NCBI GenBank assembly: GCA_052327205.1 | Contig: CM126230.1 | Coordinates: 27,032,001-27,096,000, forward strand | Length of the DNA: 64,000 nucleotides | Source of the DNA: Somniosus microcephalus | Lineage: Eukaryota | Direction of reading: 5' to 3' | In this document: positions 1 to 12,044 of the stretch, one piece after another | How positions within the stretch are numbered: the first letter of the stretch is position 1 | How the letters are laid out: every line of letters starts with the position of its first letter | Translations under genes and position numbers: made by a program | The notes under the pieces: model-generated | The model's database searches: none | Seen by the model: only the letters and a program-made list of their open reading frames with translations | What the model was told of the DNA's origin: nothing

Positions 1-49
1 AAGACCATCAGACTGTTTAAGGTGGCTCCGCTTTGAAACGGGGGGGGGG

Positions 50-862
50 GAGAAGTTATGCTACAGCTATACAAAGTCCTCGTTAGACCACACCTGGCGC
101 ACTGTGTTCAGTTCTGGGCACCACACCTTAGGAAGGATATACAGGAAACTCGACGGGACCGGCGTGGTGCCGGTTTATCAAAAAGTCCGGATTACAAAGA
201 GGTATTGTAAAAGGTACGAGAGCCACAGATCCAGGTGTCCCTGTTGCTATGCAACAGGTACAGGAGCCCCGGTTACAGGGCCACAGATCCAGGAACAGCC
301 ACTGATACGAAGTAAAACTTATCTGAATCTACTCCTGAATTTTGCCAGTTAACAGATTTCCGGTTATTTAGGTGCTGGTAAATCGAGTTTCCTGTATTGG
401 CCTTGGAGGGAGTGCAGCGTAGATTTACCAGAATGATACCCGGACTCCAAGGGTTAAATTAAGAGGATAGATTACACAAACTAGGGATGTATTCCCTGAA
501 ATTTTGAAGGGGAAGGGGTGATTTGATCAATGTTTTCAAGATATTAAGGGGAATGGCTAGGGGAGAGAGAGAAACTATTGCCACTGGTTGGGGACCCAGG
601 TTATAAATTAGAGCCAGATCTTTCAGGAGTGAAGTTAGGAAACACTTCTACACACCAAGGGTGTAAAACTCATCCACAAATGGTCATTGATAATAGGTCA
701 ATCGTTAATTTTAAATCTGAGATTGATAGATTTTTGCTAACCAAAGATATTAAAGGGATCCGGGGTTAAGGCAGGTATACGGAGTTAGATCACAGATCAG
801 CTGTGATCTCATCGAATGGCAGAACAGGCTCAAGGGGATCAATGGCCTCCTCCTGTTCCTAA
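50..862 (+). mobile_element. CR1-type LINE 3' fragment, interrupted by a MITE at 142-394
   Basis: Reads [26 protein letters not shown]|LALEGVQRRFTRMIPG across the insertion; ends in the CR1 tail (gatcagctgtgatctcatcgaatggc...aatggcctcctcctgttcct). Confidence 0.85.
142..394. mobile_element. MITE copy 1 (Tc1/mariner-pogo-like, TA target)
   Basis: TA|CAGGAAACTCGA ... TCGAGTTTCCTG|TA; removing it restores the CR1 frame. Confidence 0.85.
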
Positions 863-1058
863 AAGTATGATTGGTGGTAGGTACACAGTTCTCCGATTTT
901 TGACACTCAAGTACATCTCCAGGTTCCAATGTTACTAGGGTAAATTTTCCACCGGTCGCTCGATTACCCACAATCTCACCTCACGGTCTTGCTCTTTACC
1001 AATTGACTTCAGCAGCAAAAAGATGTAATTTTATACAATGTAATTTTATTGTATAAAA

Positions 1059-1388
1059 CGGTGACATAGTGGTTAGCACTGTTGCCTCACAGCGCCAGGG
1101 ACCCGGGTTCAAATCCGGCCTCGGGTGACTGGTGTGGAGTTTGCACATTCTCCCCGTGTTTGCGTGGGTTTCCTCCGGGTGCTCCGGTTTCCTCCCACAG
1201 TCCAAAGATGTGCGGGTTAGGTTGATTGGCCCTTAGTGTTAGGGGGGGGATTAAATACGTGGGGTTACGGGGTTAGGGCTTGGGTGGGATGGCTGTCGGT
1301 GTCGGGTTTGGATGATCAGCCATGATCTCGTTGAATGGCGGAGCAGGCTCAAAGGGCCGAATGGCCTACTCCTACTCCTAGTTTCTAT
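1059..1388 (+). mobile_element. HE1-type V-SINE (tRNA head, V-domain, CR1-type tail)
   Basis: A/B boxes (tagtggttagc, gggttcaaatcc); V-domain tgtggagtttgcacattctccccgtg...ggtttcctcccacagtccaaagatgtgc; tail like local CR1 3' ends. Confidence 0.85.
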
Positions 1389-2315
1389 ACAAGTCAAGGG
1401 TGACCAGCTCATATTTATCGCGAGTGCCAGTCCCCAAGGACTGAATAACACACACACACAAATTGAGTCAGAAATACAACTATGGCTAGTGTCTAACTTA
1501 TTGGGCAGTGATCTTGTCAGTGGTACAAGCATGCACACTACTTCACATTTCTCATCTTGATCTACCAAATCATTCAACATCGGAGCCCTTAAATTTTACT
1601 ATAAAGAAAGCAGCTCTCTGCCCATTCTGCTGTGCCAGGTCAATGAGCAATCTAATGCAGCCAGAGGGGAGTTGAGTCACTGCTGAATGGAAAGAGAAAG
1701 TCACCTCAGGCTAGCCACACCCCATACAGGAGGAGTTAAAATAACTGACAAAAGCACATGACCCATCCGGACCACACGAGAACACAGAGGTAACCGTTAT
1801 GAAGAAAAGCTTGAAAAAAGTTAGGGCCCATCACTGGAATAGAGAAAGTTGATGGGGAATCAAAATCACGAATGATTTTGAGAGGATAATTAAAAGACAG
1901 ACTGTTTGCACTGATTTTACAAATTGGTGGTTACGGAACCCAAACTAACTCAATCACTAGACGAACAAAGGGAAAGTTGGGGGAATTCACAGAGGACTAT
2001 GGATGCTTCACCAAAAGTGGCTAACAGGGGAAACAGTAACAATTTACAAGGAAATTAGGTAAGTATTTGAAAAGACTATTAAAAAAAGGATACCGGGGGG
2101 GAGGGGGGGAGGGGGGGGGGAGGAAAGAGAACAGGAAAAAAAAAAGTATAAAAATGGATTAGTCAATAGCCAGTGATGAAAAGCTACAAGAGGCACAGAT
2201 GTGATCAGCTGAAAAGCCTCCTTCCGGACGGTAATTGGGAGGGGGTGAGAAAAGAGGGAAAATTATAAATTAATCTAATAACTTTACAAACAGGCTGAAT
2301 GTAGAAGTACTGTAC

Positions 2316-2382
2316 CGTAGCCTTTGTTGAAAATATCTCTGGCCGATTTGCCAAGGTCTGCATACGATGGAGGTACAGCCAT
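2316..2382 (-). CDS. VDAC2: Voltage-dependent anion channel 2, first conserved coding exon
   Basis: tttgtctacag|ATATC ATG GCT GTA CCT...AAA GGC TAC G|gtacag gives [22 protein letters not shown](G), the 67-nt phase-1 segment typical of VDAC genes. PSY/DIFNKG residues and position downstream of SAMD8 favour VDAC2. Confidence 0.9.
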
Positions 2383-2570
2383 GATATCTGTAGACAAAAA
2401 TATTCAATGATAAACTGATTTAATCTTACCACTTATCCCAAATACTAATCTAAAACCCCAAACAACAAACAGATAGAAAACAATTCTGCTAATCAAGGAT
2501 AGGCCCAAAATCTGCTGCATCAAAACAAGCACATCTGCTATCAAATCTGCTAGGAACTATTTCTGTGCCT

Positions 2571-2670
2571 GGGAAAGTTAAGCGACATCTATATGAATAC
2601 GTTTGTGCTGTATCCTACTCAGGAAAGGTAAGCGACATCTAGATGAATATGTTTGCGCTGGATCCTACTC
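2571..2670. repeat. 50-bp direct duplication (2 diverged copies)
   Basis: ggaaagttaagcgacatctatatgaatacgtttgtgctgtatcctactc repeated with about 6 substitutions. Confidence 0.85.
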
Positions 2671-3239
2671 GAGAATAACCAAGCTATGGAATTTTTCCAA
2701 ATCTGTTATTTTTAAGTATTAAGGGAAAAAAAGTTACAGCAAATCCCCCAGCAATCATCTTCCTGGGTACCACTTCAAAGAGTATATTGCTGGAATATCT
2801 AACACGCTGATACAAGTTACAATGCCAAGTGACCTTTAGCTGGCTCTCAAATATAACAATACCATTAAATTCATCCCCAACTCAGTAAAACAATTGGCTT
2901 CAACAGGATGGGCTTAAAATAAGGGTCAACAACTTTCCCACACAAAGCAAGGTTATCAGTTTTTACTTAACCATGCATGACTGTGGTATTAGGACAGACA
3001 TCACAACTGCTCACTCCAAAAGCAGCCACATATAATTATTATTAAGCTGAACAGCTTGATTCAGGAATTCCCCCAGGAAGTTACTTAAAAGCCTCAACTA
3101 TTAGATCAGTTCCACATGACTGCAGCATTTCAGACAGTTACAAGACTTGAAATTAACCTTGTATTAGACAGCAATGAGTATAGCTGACAACAGTTTAATA
3201 AATGCACGATTAACAGGAAAAATTGCACTGACTGCACAA

Positions 3240-3605
3240 TACAGAAAGGTGAAATTTTGAGGTCAGGTTGCATAGAATGGGCTTGTATTCCCTCGGGTAT
3301 AGCAGATTAAGGGGTGATCTAATTGAGGTATTTATGATTAAAGGAGTCCAGAACAAGGGGCATAAATTTAAAATTTGAGTTTGGTCATTCAAGGGTGAGG
3401 TCAGGAAGCACTTTACACACAAAGGGTAGTGGAAATCTGGAACTCTCCCTCAAAAAGCTGTGGAGACTACTGTCAATTGAAAAATTCAAAGCGGAGAAAG
3501 CTAGATTTTCATTAGGTAAGGGAATTAAAGGGATATGGAGCAAATACAGGTAAATGGAGTTGAGGTAGAGATCAGCCACGATCTAACTCCTGTTCCTGTG
3601 TTCCC
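3240..3605 (+). mobile_element. Decayed CR1 3' fragment
   Basis: GLYSLGYSRLRGDLIEV motif and CR1-type tail (tagattttc...gatcagccacgatct). Confidence 0.75.
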
Positions 3606-5934
3606 ATCTCTAGAAGGCAGTTTGAAAACCCAACTTCTACATTTGGGAATGCAGGAAGCACTTGCAGTGTATCCAACAATAAACGCGAGATGTATCAGTT
3701 GCTTCTAGCCAAGTATGAATTTCAAGCCCTTGAATAATCATTCTTAAAAATCAGTTTAAATGTATAAAAACCAAAAGAAACTACAGGGATATGGGATCAG
3801 TTTTGGATTATCCTAGCAAAGAGCCAACACAAACATGATGGGCCAAATGGCTTCCTTCCTGTGCTGTAAACATCAATAGTTCTAAAACAGTCTGTAATTC
3901 AGAGAAAACAGAGTCGGCACATGAACACCATGGAAATCGCAAAATTACATACCCAAAAGAACTTTCAAAGAAACAGGAAGTTTGACATTTTAGAAATACT
4001 AGTATTTCCAAATACCCCGAGCTTTAAATTTTGTCATTGCAGGATATTGGAAGGTCTCAAGATTATGAATATAGTATTTCGTCTGGAATCAAAGCATGGG
4101 TGTTATAAGAATAACTTATCCTGCCATTCTTGTAAAACCGATACAGACCATAGTGTGAAAAGCAACAAATGAAAGCACTGGTGCGGATTACGACACTGGG
4201 TATCACCATCATTGTTTTTAATGCAAAGCAAGGTGGTGTGGTCTACAGTGAAAGGACATCCTCACTGCAATGTTCCTTTTAATAGTTTTATGCATTTCAG
4301 ATTAGTGGCAGGTCCAATAATTTGTTAGTTTGGATAAATTGGGGATGGGAATGCAATTCTGCACCATATGGCAACTAAATCAGAATGAACACATAACCCA
4401 GAAAAGATTAAATTATACAACAGTGAAAGATGACCAACATGTACTGGGTGGGGCAGGGTTGCATTTTATGCTTTGATCAGGAGTATTTATTTTAAGTGCT
4501 GACCCGAGTTGAGGAATGAAGTGTGGGGAATTTAACACTTCCAATGCCATATCTGACATTATGAATTTTAGCATTCAGTTAACCATATGGATAATATGCT
4601 CCTCATAAAACTTGCCAAATAACACTGGCTGGTGACACTGGCAAAACCCAGCGCCACCTTTAACCATCCGATTCAAAAAGGCATGAAACATCCTAACAGT
4701 ATCTACCAAGCTACCTACAGCCAAGAATGCAGGCCTACTAAACCTCTCAAGCTTCACGTCTGTGAACAAGAGTTTTTACCCTCAGTAATGCAGGAAATTT
4801 AATTTAGATCCCGTTACACTAAATATGATCTGAAAATAAAATGGTTAATATTGGCAATCAAATGGACTTCTGGGATTTTTCTACAGAAAATATCGAGCTT
4901 AAATGCATTAAAATATTGCCTTTTGCACACTATGCAGCAGCGCACATCAAATTTGTACGGAGTGCTCTTGGACCAAAGTTTAGGTTTTAAGATATAATCA
5001 AATAGCCATCATGCCCTATAGTCAACTCCACTACTATCAGGTCATATTTACTCAGCCCTCTACCTCAAGGTTTCATAGTAACTTAGAAATTTGATATAAT
5101 AGCAAACCGCACCACTGCAAGATGAGGAAAGACGGGAGGAGGCTCGAGTGGAACATAAACGCTGGCGTGGACTGCTTGGGCCGAATGGCCTGTTCCTGTG
5201 CCGTATATCCTATGTAATGTAATTCTATGCAAGGGTCTAAGATGCCAGGGGACAGATGAAATACCGATCAAAACTCAACCACCAAACCAGAATGGAATAG
5301 TGACTTACTTTGAATGTTAAAACTCTATCTTTAACTACCAACAGTTTTCCTCTACCCGGTAATGCAACTTTGTGGCTACAGTCAGTTGCAGCCTGGCCTG
5401 CCAAAGGAGAAATACAGAAAGCTTTCCAAATACCCCTATAACATTTCACCATATTCTATGCTGTGCATTAGCTTCCATTAAAAAAAATTGCTGAAAAGAC
5501 TGAAGCTGCTTTTTCAATATTCTGTCCATCTTTTCCCCCACCAATTGAAGATAATCACATGCTACCCAAAAACACTGCAAAGACAGATGGCCCATTCGAT
5601 TATCACTTGAGCCAGCTGTTGGGAGGGGCACACAGAAGCAGTGTGAGGCAACTGATGACCCCTGTTGATTAAGCACCTTTCAGCAACCCAGTCGAGATTA
5701 AAAATTCAGTACATGGAAACCAAAGGGGCAAAGCAACAACCTACATGGCACAATGATTGTCCAGTGGTGCATGATTTATAGGCATCCTGTGCAATTCTTG
5801 AAACATTTCATCAATCATAAAATGAACATCCTTGTCCTTCACTGCGGTCTTTACTATACAGCAAGAAAACAGTTGTAAATTCTATACTTTAACACTGGCA
5901 TCAAAACTGGGCTGTTCTTGTGATCTTTCAAATA

Positions 5935-6271
5935 CAGGAAACTCTCATTTAAATGGCACCTAAATATCTGGAATTCTCGAATAACCGGCAAAATTCATAC
6001 TCCGAAAACTACAGTATACAGTCGTTTTACTGTTAATTAAAGAGTTATGAATTACCCTCAACTGGCATTACTGTACTTAATCAAGCATCTCCCACCATCC
6101 ATTTAACAACATTCTGTAGGTGAGTACCTAATTATACTGCACATTTCTTGATTTTTAATATTTTTGTTTGTTAAAAATAGCCTCGGTAGATATAACTCTC
6201 CATTATCTGGAATTTTTAATCAACCGGCACCATCCCGGTCCCGTCGGTGCCGGAGACGAAAGAGTTTCCTG
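5935..6271. mobile_element. MITE copy 2 (divergent interior)
   Basis: TA|CAGGAAACTCT ... AGAGTTTCCTG|TA, with the shared subterminal ccggcacc...gtgccgg motif. Confidence 0.8.
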
Positions 6272-8741
6272 TACTACGATGCATTACAAAAAGAACTCAG
6301 TATTTTAACATTTGCACAAGGACCCATTTACAGATTCACAAAGCGTGGGTTTATTTGGTAACTGTTTTCAACGTACACGTCACATTACCACATGCAGTGA
6401 GGCAATTATCAACATGTGAAAAGGGAAAGAGGAGACCATCAGGCCCATCAAATGTTCGCCCTATCAGAAGGAGCAGCTGTGTACACTACTCTCCCTGGTC
6501 ACTGGTAATGCTAAATCCTGGGATAGGAAAAACAAACAGGTGAAGAAAATGTGCCCTATCCAGATCATGAAGATTAAGCTCAGTGTGTGCGCCAACTATC
6601 TAGCACAATCGTCATGGGACAGACCCGCTACCACTTTGCCTCATTACACTACCTGCTAATATCAACAGACAGACATAAATCATCCTCTGCCGGAAAAAAA
6701 AAATGTAATTTATTTGAAATGTACGCTTCGCTCCTGTACCGTACACAAAAAATATTGGGACATGCCATTGTTCCGTGTCTGGGGGAGGGCCCAATGATTG
6801 TAGTGTCTTTTGGGAGGTTCCATTGGGGGGGGAAAAAAAAATCACAGTTTTGCTTCATTACCCACAAATCAACAATGGCTGCTTTTTAAAATCAAGTTTC
6901 TACATTTACACACGTCAACTGTGACTGGGCAGATGCACGATCTAAGAATTCCACAAGCGTGTATAATACACTGGAGCGCACCTCATTGTTAGGGTTGAAA
7001 TTGAGGAAGCTCCACGTTCAATTACAGTTAAGTAACTATTTGACTATGGTGGAGGAGGTAAATCCAAAGAATGCACTGCAGTTTCTGTTTCAGTTGCAAG
7101 CCAGATTCAAAAATGACCAGCTATGCCAAAAGGACTCTGATCGAGACTTATTTCCTTTGGTTCAATTGTCATGAACACTTCAACAGCAAGAGTGCAGTGG
7201 TGCACACAGACTAAATGAATCCAATCTGCAAAGTACACTACTGTTACAAAATAAGTGAACTGGAACTGACATACATACTGAAAACCAAGATACACCTGAT
7301 ACAGGTCCCAGCGAAGACCCTATTCTCCCAGACAGGATAAAAGTAAAGGCTTTGCCTGAGCCGATTCTTCCAACACCTCAAGCTCCCCGAGCATTTTCTT
7401 TCTTCTCTCTCCTCCCCAGGCGACCTCGTTTGTTTCTATTTTAATACTCTGGTGAATGCTCATCTGAACTCTTGTTCCTACTAGGCTCCAAATACGCCAT
7501 TCTGTGCCCAGTGTTGAAATCAAGACAGTCTCCTATGCTCTAGCCTCCTTACTTTCCTCAGGTCTTCCCTTCTTCCAACAATTCAGAGGCTTTAAACGAC
7601 TAATTTAGCATAACCCAGTTGCTACTTAATTTTCCTCATCTTCCTTCCCACCCAACCTTTTAAACCAAGTGTCCTACATCTTTCAGCTAGCTCACAATTA
7701 AAAAAATTCAGTTATGAACACATTTTACCAGCAGCTACAGAAATAAGACTGCCATAGCTACAGTTTCTAACTATAGAAAAAGAGAACACTACAGCATTTG
7801 AAAGTAACTACAGTTTTGTTGATGCTAGAGGCTAAAGCATTGTAGCTTTAGCATGGAGGGGAGTTCTTAAATCAAGAATTCTAAGCACACTCAACAGGCA
7901 AGAGTATCATGTACAGTGTTACATCTTGATGTCACATTATGCCGAAGTCTTGAACATTGGGGATTGCAAATTTGAAATTCATTTACAAGGGCTATCATTT
8001 AATTGCGGTTAACTTATGCAATTAACATATTGTTTATGGAGATTTATTTTTTAAACACATGTTCATCGCGGAGGTTACGCGGCGAGTACCTAGGTGCAGA
8101 TAAGTTTGTGCCCACCAACAGCCAATAAGCTTTAGCCTGAACAGCGACTTCCTCTTTTGCTGGTGGCACCGTTGAATAAACACGCGCTCTTCTCTCCACA
8201 CAGAGCAAACTACCTTGGTCGCGTGGAACCCAAATCTTGTTGGTAATAATGAGTAAAAAGGCGATATGGCGGGAGGAAGCACGTGGAAATATTGCTCATC
8301 ACAGAAGATTAGAACACAGAGCCAGGTCAGGTATTGTTTTCAAAAAACTTTAATACTTGGTTTATGCCATAAACACATTTGGAAGGTGGCTTTTGCCCAT
8401 GGTGAGGGTTAGGCAGCTTCTGAATGTATAGATTAAAGGTTAATATTAACCAATTTTTTTTTTTTTTTTTTTTTAAACTTACTGATTTGTGATGTAACCA
8501 ATAGCAAGCAACAGGAGCTTAGATTCCCTTTCCAGTGATGTATGTTGTGCCAAGGCGCTGCTTTAATTTAGCAGGGCTTGGTTTTTAGTTTTCATGATTA
8601 AAATGTGACCTTTGTCCAATCTTTTCTGCATTTACCAACAGGTTATATCTAAAACAGATGGGAATGTTTCAGAAAGGGCTATTATTAGTGCTGTTGTTCC
8701 CTTGGTAGACAAATCCTAGTATCAGCAACATGAGACATGCA

Positions 8742-8742
8742 A

Positions 8743-8774
<32 letters not shown>

Positions 8775-9548
8775 CATTCACTGGATGTGGACGTCACTGG
8801 CAAGGCCAGCATTTATTGCCCATCCCCAATTGCCCTCGAGAAGGTGTTGGTGGACCGAATTCCTGAACCGCTGCAGTCCGTGTGGTGAAGGTACTCCCAC
8901 AGTGCTGTTAAGTAGGAAGTTTCAGCATTTTGACCCAGCGACAAAGGACCGGCGATATATTTCCAAGTCAGGATGGAGTGTGACTTGGAGGTGGTGCTGT
9001 TCCCATGCGCCTGCTGCCCTTATCCTTCTAGTTGGTAGAGGTCACGGGTTTAGGAGGTGCTGTCGAAGCCTTGGCGAGTTGCTGCAGTGGATCTTGTAGA
9101 GGGTACACACTGCAACCACTGTGCACCGGTGGTGGAGGGAGTGAATGTTTAAGGTGGTGGAGGATGGGATGCCAATCAATGATTCCCCGTAATTCAAAAC
9201 AGAAGCAGATAGATTTCAGACTCGCAAGGGCATCAAAGGATATGGCGAGAAGGCCGGTGAATGGAGTCGAGGTAGATCAGCCATGATCTCATTGAATGGC
9301 GGAGGAGGCTCGAAGGACCGAATGGCCTACTCCTGCTCCTATTTCTTATGTAATCCTTTTGGGGCTATGCGGCCCAAAAGTCCAAGCATACGTGGTTTTT
9401 TTCAACTCATCGGCTGCACGGGGCCCCTGCAGCCGATGAGGCACACAGCTTAAAAGGGAACATTGGTGCCAATCAAGTGGGCTGCTTTGTCCGGGATGGT
9501 GTTGAGCTTGAGTGTTGTTGAAACTGCACTCATCCAAGCAAGTGGAGA
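8742..9548 (-). mobile_element. Poly(A)-tailed CR1/L2-group LINE 3' end, split by a nested insertion
   Basis: Same sequence as 15620-16005 and 49594-50100; poly-T on + strand; LINE resumes at 9466 after the insert. Confidence 0.8.
9177..9465. mobile_element. hAT-like non-autonomous element, itself carrying a CR1 tail (~9205-9352)
   Basis: Termini CAATGATTCCC / GGGAACATTG; 8-bp flanks ATGCCAAT / GTGCCAAT; internal palindrome tcatcggctgca-N9-tgcagccgatga. Confidence 0.7.
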
Positions 9549-9620
9549 AATTAATGAGAATATGGATTTAAATCACCCACATTTGCTTCCTTCCCCCCAA
9601 CCGCTCCACATAAGTAATTT

Positions 9621-9750
9621 GCAAAATACTGTGGATGCTGGAAATCTGAAATAACAGAAAATGCTGGAAATACTCAGCAGGCCAGGCAGCATCCGTGGAG
9701 AGCGAAACAGAGTTAACGTTTCAGGTCTGGGACCCTTCATCAGAAGCTCC
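9621..9750 (-). mobile_element. Penelope-like element terminal repeat fragment
   Basis: Minus strand CTGATGAAGGGTC..GACCTGAAACGTTAACTCTGTT...GATGCTGCCTGGCCTGCTGAG; similar copies at 16901-17032 and 34435-34610. Confidence 0.7.
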
Positions 9751-10479
9751 ACATATGCACCTACGCAGCCCATGCAAAAAACTTGGAGACGGAGAACACA
9801 CAAATTAATTTGGAAAAACTAAACTTAAAATTGTGCAGCTATCATGAATAACTAGACAAGACAGCACCTGACTATACTCAAAAAAGGTGTACCCACCCAA
9901 CCATAGGGTGTAGAGCAGGAAATGGCAGGTGACAAACCTAGATCGTAAAGGGGAGGGTCGGGCTCGAAATTTAGAACAACCTGGTCACAGGTTTAGATTT
10001 TACACTTCAGTCTCCATGTTTGCTGCCCACCTTTTTAACTACAATGGCGAGTCTGGAGAATAAAAAAGGGTCCTGACATCCCCCCCACAAAAAAAAAATC
10101 TTTCCAAGTGAAAATACACTACCTCCACAAACAAAACAAAAATTGCAGAAGTCCCCTTTTATTGTAAAAACAGCAACGTTAATTGGTCACTCCTCGACTG
10201 TGAAGTGTATTAATAGCACAGGCAGTTCTGATGGACTGTGCAGGACAGTCATTACAAATATTACACAGATCATCGACGCAAGTGGAAGGCGTGAGCCGAC
10301 AGAAACCAATAACATGCAGTCTGCCCAACCTGCACATGCAGTGCATTATTTTACATCTTTCCACCACCCCACATTTGGGGAAAGATGAAATTTTAAAAAG
10401 GGATGAGCTCGACACGAGCGAAATTAAATTTAAAAATGTTACGGCAAAGAAAATCCCAAATGTAAATAATGGAAGATGT

Positions 10480-11150
10480 CCTTCCTCTCTCTCTCGCTGT
10501 CTGTCCCCCCTCTGCCTGCCCTGCCCCAGCGCCGGGCTGATGCCGAGGTCAAAGCAATCACCTTGACTCGGTGCGCTGCCGCCACCCTGGGGCATGAGAA
10601 TCAACCAGTGAGCGGGGCCCCGGGGTATCAGCTGGAAAGATCCTTCCCTCGCTCGCTGCCTGTCTGTCTGCGGCCCCGCCCCGAGCTCTCTCTCTCTCTC
10701 TCTCCCACTCTCATACAAACGGCAGAGGCTCCCAGAGGCGGGCGTGCGGGCGCTGCCGGCGCCATCTTGCAAGGCTCGGCGGCAAGGCGCGGGGCCTGGT
10801 TCTCTCCATCCCCACCGGCCCTCAATTAATACCTCATCCCTCACCTTCCCGGCCTAACGCGACGGGCACACGGAGCTCTCTGCCGCTCTCTCTCGGCGGT
10901 GTTACCTGGCGGTGCGGTGTGGCGCTGAGCTGCGGGGAGCGGCCTCTCTCTCTTTCGCTCTCGCACCGGCTTTAAGGGCGAACTGAAGGAGACAGCGCCG
11001 CGCCTGCGCACTGCCAACCAACCAACCCCCGGAGGAGGGGGCGGGGCCACCCGCGCCAGGACCTCGACCCCCTGACCGTGCCCCGCCTTCAGCCAAACCC
11101 ACCACCCCAACCCCAAAAAATAAAATTACACACGCGCCGATTGCCCCGTC
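10480..11150 (-). promoter_or_regulatory. CpG-island promoter and 5' exon(s) of VDAC2
   Basis: Strongest CpG-rich unique stretch. NRF1 motif GCGCCTGCGCA (11000-11010), GC box GGGGCGGGGC (11038-11047), YY1-like AAGATGGCG (~10760-10768, minus). Minus-strand donors CAG|GTAAC (exon end 10906) and AAG|GTGAG (10845). Confidence 0.8.
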
Positions 11151-11436
11151 TGCCTTTTTAAAAAATATTATTACTGATAGCAAACCAAAAATATTTTTTT
11201 CTTCATTCTTTTTATTGTATTTTGGTGAAGGCAGTGGCTGGTCAGCTCTCTACTCAGGTCCCAACGTCTTTTGTTGGCTCCCTCCGCCGCTGCGCCCCTA
11301 CTGCTCAAACACTCTCATTGCAAGTTCAGGTTCCTCAAAAGATGTGAATCGTATTTTCATGTACTTGAACAAAAATTTTTTATGAATAAAGTATATATTT
11401 TTGAAAAAAAAAACTCTGCTTTGAAAATTTAAGTCA

Positions 11437-11700
11437 CACAACAACTAGCGCCTTTTAGCGTAGTAAAAACATCCCAAGGCACCACACAGGAGTATTTTAA
11501 GACAAAAAATTTGACACCGAGCCACATAAGGAGAAATTAGGGCAGGTGACCAAAAGCTTGGTCAAAGAGGCAGGTTTTAAGGAGTGTCTTAAAGGAGGAA
11601 AGAGAGGTAGTGAGGCGGAGAGGTTTAGGCAGGGAATTCCAGAGCTTAGGGCCTAGGCAACAGAAGGCAGGGCCGTCAATGGTTGAGCGATTATAATTAG
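11437..11700 (-). mobile_element. L2-type LINE 3' end
   Basis: Matches 53152-53420 and the reverse complement of 19200-19460. Confidence 0.8.
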
Positions 11701-12044
11701 GAAGTGAAATAAAGATTGTGACACAGGCATGGGATTAAGGGAGAGACATAAAAGAGAAAACCAGAAAAACTATTTCAAAAAATTCTTTTAATTTTTTTAA
11801 ATATCTGCAACATTAGTTTTCTTCTGAGGGAATGAGACGCCACACGTGTAAAATTATTTTTCCAGGGTCAGAGAGGTTGTTCAACAGTAATTATCACTCA
11901 TTATGCCATTAAAAACTCACTTACTCCTGAGTATACAAGCCCTAACTTTTTCATCTGTCTTTAGAGCAAGAATAGTGGGTAATTAGCCTAAGTTCATGCC
12001 ATTACAGTGATCTCTGTGTACTCTTTTGGGTACGATCAATAAAC

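Noticed and set aside
1-2315. Next VDAC2 exon (..FGxVKLDxKTKS..)
   Set aside because: No match found by eye; presumably beyond the left edge.
10179-11183. Long overlapping ORFs (up to 221 aa) in the GC-rich region
   Set aside because: Stop-poor CpG island with microsatellite-derived runs; no recognisable domain.
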